From contig CAWFXL010000001.1 in assembly GCA_963819815.1 (NCBI GenBank), positions 96,001-160,000 on the forward strand: DNA of 64,000 nt, written 5' to 3'. Both the position numbers and the translations under genes were made by a program. Below, in pieces: positions 29,674-36,759 of this stretch. How positions within the stretch are numbered: the first letter of the stretch is position 1; each line of letters starts with the position of its first letter. Below the pieces are notes generated by a model that was given only the letters and a program-made list of their open reading frames with translations, was not told the DNA's origin and ran no database searches. The DNA is from an uncultured bacterium (GTDB taxonomy: Bacteria > Babelota > Babeliae > Babelales > Babelaceae).

Positions 29674-31035
29674 TTAGCCACTATGGCCTACCAGCATTGC
29701 ATTGGCGGCTATGCCTGCACCAATACCAGCTGCCCAACAAAGAGCCTGTTTCAGTTCAAATGACCTTTCTGGATTTGCTTTCTTGACCAGAGTATATGCC
29801 CCTAGGCCAGCTGCGCTATATACGAGCCATGTAGACTTAGGAGTAAAACGATCAGGTTTATTATAATCTCGACCTACTAAAAGTCCTACACAAAGACCTC
29901 CAAGAAAATCACCAGTAGACCCTTTAAGAAATTCAGGAGCTGTCTCTTCTTCAGTGGTTTCATGAAAGTGAGGGACCTTAGAGTTAGAATGACGGCTTGG
30001 AAGACGGTGAGCCCGTTTCATACAGGCGAGCTCTTCTCGTTTGCCCGTATTAATGACCACTACCTGCCAATCTCGTGGATCAAGATGTTTTGGTAGCAGC
30101 TTATTTAGTTGTGCATCCTCTTTGGTGAGATCCTTGATAGGGTACAAGTCTGGTAGCACACGCAGATTGCCTTGCTTTAAACCAAACTTTTTACGGAATT
30201 CATCAGGGGTCATGCCATCGATGGTGTCATCCTCATCATCAGGTATATCAAAAGTTACATTCTTTTTTGGCTTAGAAGCGACTTTTGCAGTGGCTGGCAC
30301 TCTAAGGTCTACCGGAATATGTTCTTGAAGCAGGTCTGCTGCAGAGCGTATTTTTTGAAGACTCGTGGATTCTTTTTTAGTAGGGGCTCTCTGTAAGTAT
30401 TTCAGTATAACCTGATCGTTTCCATCCTTTTGGAGGGGATCTATAATCTTCATCGGTTTTCTACAGGTAGGGCATTGATGCTTGCTTCGGGCTGCTTTTA
30501 GAGCTTCTTCCAGAGACAGGTTATGCCCGCACCCTAACTCAATAATAATATGACCTTTATCTACCTCTTGTTGAGACGCAGAACATTTTCGAAGTACCGT
30601 ATCAGGAGCTGGCTTAGTTGAAGGCGTATGTCTCATTAAATACGCGTGTAGCTTGTTTTGTTCTTGAGCGTTGAGCGGCTTTTGACGATGGTGTACATAC
30701 GCATAGCTATTTTTAGTGATCCGAGGATCATGTACCTTATAGGTGCTACGGCAGGTTGGACATGCCCTATCCATTGGATTCGCACGATCCATTGCGATTA
30801 AACAATCTAAGCAATAATGATGGTTAACTTTTTGCTGGCAATCGAACTGAATAACGATACTGTCAGGTGTATAAGCGGTCATGCAAATGGGACAGCCTGT
30901 TCCCTCATCCTCTTCTTCTACTTCATGAGTATGAGCTCTCGGTCCTGTGGCCCAGAGACTTGGGGTAATACTGCCAAAAAGCACTGCTACACCGAGCAGG
31001 GTAATAAGTAATTTCTTCATAGTAAACTTCCACAT
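29674..31035 (-). CDS. Secreted RING-finger protein (one intact and one degenerate RING) with C-terminal hydrophobic helices
   Basis: CPIC..C..HHYCLDC..CPTCR and LGCGH..CPTCR; signal peptide; start may be MKKLL at 31020. Confidence 0.8.
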   Translation of the reverse strand: MWKFTMKKLLITLLGVAVLFGSITPSLWATGPRAHTHEVEEEDEGTGCPICMTAYTPDSIVIQFDCQQKVNHHYCLDCLIAMDRANPMDRACPTCRSTYKVHDPRITKNSYAYVHHRQKPLNAQEQNKLHAYLMRHTPSTKPAPDTVLRKCSASQQEVDKGHIIIELGCGHNLSLEEALKAARSKHQCPTCRKPMKIIDPLQKDGNDQVILKYLQRAPTKKESTSLQKIRSAADLLQEHIPVDLRVPATAKVASKPKKNVTFDIPDDEDDTIDGMTPDEFRKKFGLKQGNLRVLPDLYPIKDLTKEDAQLNKLLPKHLDPRDWQVVVINTGKREELACMKRAHRLPSRHSNSKVPHFHETTEEETAPEFLKGSTGDFLGGLCVGLLVGRDYNKPDRFTPKSTWLVYSAAGLGAYTLVKKANPERSFELKQALCWAAGIGAGIAANAMLVGHSG

Positions 31036-31109
31036 TTTAGATTTTCTTATATGTTTATATAAGTAGTATAGCCTAAAATGAATAAAACCTTAAGTGGGTA
31101 GAAAAAAGC

Positions 31110-32828
31110 TTATTCTGAAGCTGTTTTGGACTGCTTATCTACGGCTTGGGCGTATCTTACAAGGAACTGGTAGGCAACACGAATCGCGTGACTAGATGAG
31201 CCTGCATGCTCTATAAGGATAATGAGGACACGGGGCTTTTCATGCTTGTACTGTACATGCGCTGCAAAATATCCATGTGGCATATCTTGCTTTCGTATTG
31301 GCTGAGCATGACGTGCTCTAACCTGGGCAGTGCCTGACTTTCCCTTGAGCTTAAAGCCTTTTAGAGAGCCAAGCATAGAACCGGTACCTTGAGTAATTAC
31401 TCCCTGTAGGCACTCTTGAATGTAGGAAAGTGTAGAAGGTCTTATGGATACGAGTTCATGAACAATGGGCTCATCGGTGAGTATCCGGGGTCTTACTCGA
31501 TAGCCGGTGCATACTGCCGACAGTAGACAGGCTATCTGTAAAGGGGTTACAAGAAGGGAGCTCTGTCCAATGGCAGCTGAAAGGGTTTCTCCAGGCCACC
31601 ACGGCTCATTTTTTACTCTTCTTTTCCATTGGGAGGTTGGAATGAGCCCCTGCTGTTCTGGGAATAATATTCCTGTCTTGTTTCCGAGTCCAAGATCTTG
31701 TGCGTACCAGGCAAGAGTGTCTATTGAAAGACGTTTTCCTATCTCATAAAAGGGTTGATTGCAGGAAAAAGCGAAGGCCTGTTTGGTTGTAAGGGCACCA
31801 TGTACGGCATCATTGTTGCAATGGTAGTGTCTTCCTTTGAAATCAGTATAGCCCCGACAGTTCCAATGAGTATGAGGGGTGACAACGCCTGTTTCAAGCC
31901 CAGCCGCGAGGCTTACCAGCTTAAAAAGGGACGCAGGAGGGTAACATGCGCTGAAGGCCCGATTCATGAAGCCTTTTTTCTCCTGCAGAAGGCTCCACTG
32001 GGAGTGGGTAATAGGTTTAAGAAAGATATTTGGATCAAATGAAGGTCGTGAGAGAACTACTTCAAGGGCCCCGTCCTCGTCCATAAAGATGATGCTCCCT
32101 TCAAGACCCTGAGGAAATACCTCTTCAGCAAACTGCTGAAACGATAGGTTTAAGGTCGTTTGAAGTGTTTTCCCGGCAAGGGCGTGCGAGATGGTATGGG
32201 CATGTAAGGGGTTGCCTATGGCATTGGTAACCTTAAGTATTTGTCCTGCTTGGCCCTGGAGATCTTCTTCATACAACCTCTCAAGGCCCATTTTTCCTTG
32301 GAGTGATTCTTTAACGCTTAGGTATCCTATAATATGGCAGGCAGTGGTGCTGTAGGGATAGCATCGCTCATAGCTCTGCTTTATAGTAAGATTCCTGGAG
32401 GTAGGTACAGTTTCAAGAACTGCGCTGAGCTGCTCATAGGAAATATCAGGTACGAGCTTAAGTTTCGAAGAACGTCTCTCAGCTATCTCTATATCATGCA
32501 TGACTTCTTGGTCGAGATTGCATAGAAGGAGAGCTTGTTGCGCACTCTGCCGTTGTCCTGCTGAAAGCATTACTTTACCGCTACCTTCCCACAGTAAGGA
32601 ATAGACCGGTCTGTTTGTGACAAGCAGCGTACCCTGTTGGTCGGTAATGTTTCCTCGAGGTGAGGCAACCTTTTCCGTTCTGAGATAGTTACGCTTACTC
32701 AGGCTCTTAAACTGATGCATCTGACTAATTTGTAGATGGAATAAATAAAGTACGATCGTTGAAAGCGCGAAGAATATCAGGAAAAGTATATGCCTCATGC
32801 GTGCTGAAAGAATGTGGGGAATATACAT
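31110..32828 (-). CDS. mrdA: Class B penicillin-binding protein 2
   Basis: PRG.I.D, R.YP, G..GLE..Y, ASLFK (SxxK), SCN, KSGTAQ; W.PGET...AIGQ. Confidence 0.9.
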   Translation of the reverse strand: MYIPHILSARMRHILFLIFFALSTIVLYLFHLQISQMHQFKSLSKRNYLRTEKVASPRGNITDQQGTLLVTNRPVYSLLWEGSGKVMLSAGQRQSAQQALLLCNLDQEVMHDIEIAERRSSKLKLVPDISYEQLSAVLETVPTSRNLTIKQSYERCYPYSTTACHIIGYLSVKESLQGKMGLERLYEEDLQGQAGQILKVTNAIGNPLHAHTISHALAGKTLQTTLNLSFQQFAEEVFPQGLEGSIIFMDEDGALEVVLSRPSFDPNIFLKPITHSQWSLLQEKKGFMNRAFSACYPPASLFKLVSLAAGLETGVVTPHTHWNCRGYTDFKGRHYHCNNDAVHGALTTKQAFAFSCNQPFYEIGKRLSIDTLAWYAQDLGLGNKTGILFPEQQGLIPTSQWKRRVKNEPWWPGETLSAAIGQSSLLVTPLQIACLLSAVCTGYRVRPRILTDEPIVHELVSIRPSTLSYIQECLQGVITQGTGSMLGSLKGFKLKGKSGTAQVRARHAQPIRKQDMPHGYFAAHVQYKHEKPRVLIILIEHAGSSSHAIRVAYQFLVRYAQAVDKQSKTASE

Positions 32829-32837
32829 AATACTCCC

Positions 32838-35552
32838 TTATTTAAGGTTGTATTCTTGACAGCGTCTGTTAACCGATGAGCGGTTAACCCCTAAGAGGGT
32901 AGCAATTTTGCTTTGACTTTTGAACTTATGCCAGAGGATAGACATAACATGAGGATCCTTGAGAGCCTTTTTGCCTAGCCGCACTGCATGAGCAATATCT
33001 GGATCTGAAACGTTATAAGCGGGATCAAATTTAGTAACTTCAGAAATATTATGCTTACTCGATTTTTGGACAAGGAGTTGATGTACTCGATCTTTAAAGG
33101 CACGTAAGCTTAATGGCCGTTCATCATAGAGTTTTGAGGTATCTTTATCAGTTAATGAGAGCAAGTTTTTATAGGTATCTTCAGTAACAATTTGATCGGC
33201 AAATCCTTGAGCTAAAGCAGTGACCTCAGGTTCTGAAAGCTCATGCATTGGAGGCATAACCAATGAGGTTTGTTCAAGCTCATCATAGAGCTCCTGACAG
33301 AAGGCGCCTTCATGGACAAGCTGCAGAAGATTTTTGTTGGTTGAACAGATAATGCGAACGTTACTAAATACTTTATGGTCGCTCTTAAATTTATGAAAAT
33401 AACCAAGTGAAATGAACTCTGCTAAATAATTTTGAGTCTCTGTTCCTAAATATTCAACATTCTGGATAAAGAGGGTTCCGATATTATCTAGTTTTTCAAG
33501 CAGGGGCTGAATGCCATCTTTTTTTATGAGCGGATTATGGCCAAAGAGTTTTACAGCAACATCGTCCTGTTTCTCAGGAGAAGTAAGTTTTATGGTATGG
33601 AGTGATTGTCGGAGGCTTATGTTATGGAGTACTTCAACGGTTGGTATAAGATCTTCCTCAGGCAGATCAAGGAGCGTAGCTTTTTTACCTAATGCCGTTG
33701 AAAGCAGGTTAATTTTAAAGGAAAGGAGCTTTTCGCTATTTCCTGGTATAAGTCTGTTTATTAATTGGCCTGATTGTGTCGTTTCTAAATAGAGAACGTA
33801 GTCCCACATGGAAGGATCTTTGAGCTCGTCAAAGTGAGTTTTGATGATATCTGAAACTTCGGGATAATGAATCAAGACAATCGTTGCCCGCTCTTCAAGG
33901 CTTGGGATACCATTTATAATAATTTTTTGTCCTTTTGCGTCATGTGCAAAGGTAGTTTGCGAGGTCTTAAATTCTTGCACACGACGAGCAAGTGTTCGGA
34001 TTGCCTGAGTAAGAGGGTGGCCTTCATTCGCATTTAAATCTATCCCGACAAGCTCTTGAGCGGCCTCATTTGCTAGGGTGAACTTACGATACTTATAAAA
34101 GAGGATACCGACTTTACGCTCTTTATTTGAGCGTAAGAAGGAGCGTATACTTTCCTTATATTGATTAATTTCCTGGTGCTTGTAATACAGCTCTTCGCTA
34201 ATCACTTTATGTCTCTGATGAAGTGCTTCTAAATTACTATATTTGAGAATGTTAATAATATTGCTCACATAGGTGGTAAACACGAGCATTTCATCTCGAT
34301 CTTTATTAGTGTACAGTTTGCCCGGTCGTGCATCACGCTCTACAATGATATAGGCGGAGATACCAGATCTCTCAAAGATTGGGAGGAACACGTCGGCATT
34401 AATTTCGTTGAGGAATTGAAGAATTTCCTGATTTTGAGCATCATCTTCATAAAAGGCGGAAAAATGAATGTCGTCTCGTATAAATATTTTTAGTTTATGT
34501 AATGCCTGGGTAACCACTTCTTGCTTGTCGATATACTGCTCGACCTTTGCTGTTGTCTGCGCAATATCATAGTAGTTGTGATCATCCTGCTCTGAATCTG
34601 CTTTACGAATATAAAGTCTTACACGACCTAGAGGGATGCTAAAAGCAGTCTGAAAAAAACTCTGAGTGAGCTGGGCAAGCTCCTTGAGTGCACTTGCATA
34701 GCTTAGCTGCTCCAAAATATCTTTAAATTGTGTGATGAAGTTAAATTTCTGTTTTGATTCGACGGTCTTTCTGATATTAAGGAACCTCAGGCCTAACATT
34801 TTTTGAATAATGAGATAAATGGCGGCACTACTTAAGAGACTCGTAAGCGAGAGAAGATTAATTCTATGATACCAGGCTGTCGGAATGATCCAGGCGAGTG
34901 TTTGACCGGAGTTATTAAGAAGGTCAAAGCCTATAAAGGGAATAAGGAAACTGGTAAATACACGAATATGTTGCCGTAAAATAGTAGGAAGTTCTCGGTT
35001 ACTATCACGCAGTACCCTATAAAATAGGGGAATGAGAAGGAAAAAGAGCAAGTAAAAATGAATCGCTTGGATAAGGTCCATCTCAAAATTGACTGTTCTT
35101 GGATTGAGCGGAGGAATTCCATAATTAATGAACGCGTGATAGAGATACGTGCAACTGATGGCAATATTAACTAGTATATGAAGGGTAGTCGTGAGGGGAT
35201 GCCAGGTGATTCGTTTGTGGAGCAAAAATTCAAAGAAAAGTGCAATCGTTTGAATTTGCGTTATGTAAATTGACCAACATATACGACAATAAAGAGTGAA
35301 GACAGGAATATCCCCCACAATGTGATTAATACCTCTAATCCAATATTGCAAGATAAAGGTAAGATCATTTGCAAGTAATCCACCAAGGAAAAACAAAAGA
35401 CAGACCAAGAGCATTCGGCGGCTTTTTGCTGAGAAATAGTAGAATATACAGCCAAAGAAGATGATCGCTTTAAAAAGCCATGCACCAATCATAATGCCAA
35501 GCGTGACATACTGATTACTCAATAGTGTATAGATGGAACTCAGATATTGCAT
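32838..35552 (-). CDS. Membrane-anchored one-component regulator: ~7TM + GAF + PAS + degenerate sigma54-activator AAA+ + Fis-type HTH (receptor 1)
   Basis: ~7 hydrophobic segments in aa 1-255; GAF-like VFLPI..AYIIVE...LYT..D; PAS-like ANEAA.ELVG; GTLFI..VRIICSTNKNL..V.EG.F; QSKIA.LLGVNRSSV.RR. Confidence 0.85.
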   Translation of the reverse strand: MQYLSSIYTLLSNQYVTLGIMIGAWLFKAIIFFGCIFYYFSAKSRRMLLVCLLFFLGGLLANDLTFILQYWIRGINHIVGDIPVFTLYCRICWSIYITQIQTIALFFEFLLHKRITWHPLTTTLHILVNIAISCTYLYHAFINYGIPPLNPRTVNFEMDLIQAIHFYLLFFLLIPLFYRVLRDSNRELPTILRQHIRVFTSFLIPFIGFDLLNNSGQTLAWIIPTAWYHRINLLSLTSLLSSAAIYLIIQKMLGLRFLNIRKTVESKQKFNFITQFKDILEQLSYASALKELAQLTQSFFQTAFSIPLGRVRLYIRKADSEQDDHNYYDIAQTTAKVEQYIDKQEVVTQALHKLKIFIRDDIHFSAFYEDDAQNQEILQFLNEINADVFLPIFERSGISAYIIVERDARPGKLYTNKDRDEMLVFTTYVSNIINILKYSNLEALHQRHKVISEELYYKHQEINQYKESIRSFLRSNKERKVGILFYKYRKFTLANEAAQELVGIDLNANEGHPLTQAIRTLARRVQEFKTSQTTFAHDAKGQKIIINGIPSLEERATIVLIHYPEVSDIIKTHFDELKDPSMWDYVLYLETTQSGQLINRLIPGNSEKLLSFKINLLSTALGKKATLLDLPEEDLIPTVEVLHNISLRQSLHTIKLTSPEKQDDVAVKLFGHNPLIKKDGIQPLLEKLDNIGTLFIQNVEYLGTETQNYLAEFISLGYFHKFKSDHKVFSNVRIICSTNKNLLQLVHEGAFCQELYDELEQTSLVMPPMHELSEPEVTALAQGFADQIVTEDTYKNLLSLTDKDTSKLYDERPLSLRAFKDRVHQLLVQKSSKHNISEVTKFDPAYNVSDPDIAHAVRLGKKALKDPHVMSILWHKFKSQSKIATLLGVNRSSVNRRCQEYNLK

Positions 35553-35568
35553 AGTTCTAAACTTTTTG

Positions 35569-35596
35569 TTGACTTTTGAAAAAACTGTTATAGAAT
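35569..35596 (+). promoter_or_regulatory. sigma70 promoter, peptide unit 1
   Basis: TTGACT-N16-TAGAAT, conserved in all three units. Confidence 0.75.
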
Positions 35597-35730
35597 CACT
35601 TTACAGAAAATCTAATCAAAAAGAGTTTAACTCCGTAGCAGCTAATGTCAAATTGTGCGCAATGGTTGCTACTTGAAGCTAAGGAATTGTAGCTGGTGGT
35701 TTTTTAATATATTTTCAAAAAGGAGTAACG

Positions 35731-35853
35731 ATGGCTAAACTAATTGTTAGCGCATTGTTCGCTATACTAATGACTGGTGCAGTAGCTGAAGTTTCTGCAC
35801 AGACTCGGTCCGAGGTTGCTAAAACTTATGCAATCTGCCCGTTTCCGTTCTAA
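35731..35853 (+). CDS. Small secreted peptide precursor 1 (40 aa) MAKLIVSALFAILMTGAVAEVSAQTRSEVAKTYAICPFPF
   Basis: Manually translated; AGGAG 5 nt before ATG; Sec-like signal ending VSA|Q; two paralogs downstream; followed by terminator. Confidence 0.9.
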   Translation: MAKLIVSALFAILMTGAVAEVSAQTRSEVAKTYAICPFPF

Positions 35854-35858
35854 AGTAT

Positions 35859-35910
35859 TAACTATAAAGAAAGCACCCCTCGAATTCGAGGGGTGCTTTC
35901 TTTATAGTTA
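35859..35910. terminator. Perfect 52-bp palindrome after peptide gene 1
   Basis: TAACTATAAAGAAAGCACCCCTCGAA|TTCGAGGGGTGCTTTCTTTATAGTTA. Confidence 0.85.
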
Positions 35911-36000
35911 GGTCTTGCAGCTACTATTGAGGGGAATGTACCCCAAATCTACGTTTTAAAAGTTTATTGTTCTCCCTAAGAATTTCTTATTTATTTTTGG

Positions 36001-36028
36001 TTGACTTTTGAAGAAACCGTTATACAAT
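36001..36028 (+). promoter_or_regulatory. sigma70 promoter, peptide unit 2
   Basis: TTGACT-N16-TACAAT. Confidence 0.75.
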
Positions 36029-36161
36029 AATTTAGAAGAACTGCACGTAACATAAAAATAATATAACTTCGAGCAGCAGCGTATAGTAATTACTTGGCGG
36101 CTGTTTAGGTTCTGAGAATTGTAGTGGGTTGGTTTTTATTATTATTCAAATAGGAGTGATG

Positions 36162-36284
36162 ATGACAAAGCTTATTTTTAGTGCTTTGCTTGCTATGGTA
36201 ATGATTGGTTCAGTAGCAGAACTTTCTGCACAGACTCGGTCAGAAGCTGCCAAAACTTATGCAGTCTGCCCATTTCCGTTCTAA
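36162..36284 (+). CDS. Small secreted peptide precursor 2 (40 aa) MTKLIFSALLAMVMIGSVAELSAQTRSEAAKTYAVCPFPF
   Basis: Manually translated; AGGAG RBS; frame-preserving, mostly conservative or synonymous differences from copy 1. Confidence 0.9.
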   Translation: MTKLIFSALLAMVMIGSVAELSAQTRSEAAKTYAVCPFPF

Positions 36285-36299
36285 CTTATTCTAACTTTA

Positions 36300-36340
36300 A
36301 AATTAAGAACCCCCTCGAATCTCGAGGGGGTTCTTAATTT
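36300..36340. terminator. 19-bp-arm hairpin after peptide gene 2
   Basis: AAATTAAGAACCCCCTCGA-ATC-TCGAGGGGGTTCTTAATTT. Confidence 0.85.
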
Positions 36341-36430
36341 ATGGCTAAGGTATCCGAGGCTATCACTGAGGGGAAAGTGCCCCAATCTATATTTTTATAT
36401 TAGACCCAAGACGTTCCTGTTCACTTTTGG

Positions 36431-36458
36431 TTGACTTTCGAGAGAACTGTTATAGAAT
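36431..36458 (+). promoter_or_regulatory. sigma70 promoter, peptide unit 3
   Basis: TTGACT-N16-TAGAAT. Confidence 0.75.
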
Positions 36459-36571
36459 CCTCTATAAGAACTGTACAAAAAAATAATATACCTGCGGGTA
36501 GCAGCTTATAGTAGGCGGCTATATGAGTTTTGAATTGTAGTGGTTGTTTTATATATCCAATAGGAGTGACG

Positions 36572-36697
36572 ATGACAAAGCTGATTCTTAGCGTATTTCT
36601 CGCTATATTAATGACAGGAGCAGTAGTTGAAGTATCTGCGCAAGCAAAGCGTTCAACGGTTTCTACAACTTGCCCCGAAGCGCGGTTTCCGTTCTAA
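36572..36697 (+). CDS. Small secreted peptide precursor 3 (41 aa) MTKLILSVFLAILMTGAVVEVSAQAKRSTVSTTCPEARFPF
   Basis: Manually translated; AGGAG RBS; same signal peptide, divergent mature part, conserved Cys-Pro and FPF end. Confidence 0.9.
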   Translation: MTKLILSVFLAILMTGAVVEVSAQAKRSTVSTTCPEARFPF

Positions 36698-36707
36698 GCT
36701 AAAGTTA

Positions 36708-36746
36708 CAAGAAAGAGCCCCTCGAATTTCGAGGGGCTCTTTCTTG
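36708..36746. terminator. 19-bp-arm hairpin, bidirectional between peptide 3 and receptor 2
   Basis: CAAGAAAGAGCCCCTCGAA-T-TTCGAGGGGCTCTTTCTTG. Confidence 0.85.
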
Positions 36747-36759
36747 GTGCTAACAGTTT

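Noticed and set aside
35731..36697. Type I toxin-antitoxin or classical agrD/RiPP cluster
   Set aside because: The ORFs have a signal-peptidase-like site and a conserved polar mature region. There is no AgrB, modification enzyme, double-glycine leader or evident antisense unit nearby. Not fully excluded.
35560..36746. CRISPR array or REP/MITE interpretation of the repeated palindromes
   Set aside because: Period is ~431 bp, each hairpin directly follows an ORF stop, arms differ between copies, and no cas genes are present; they behave as terminators.
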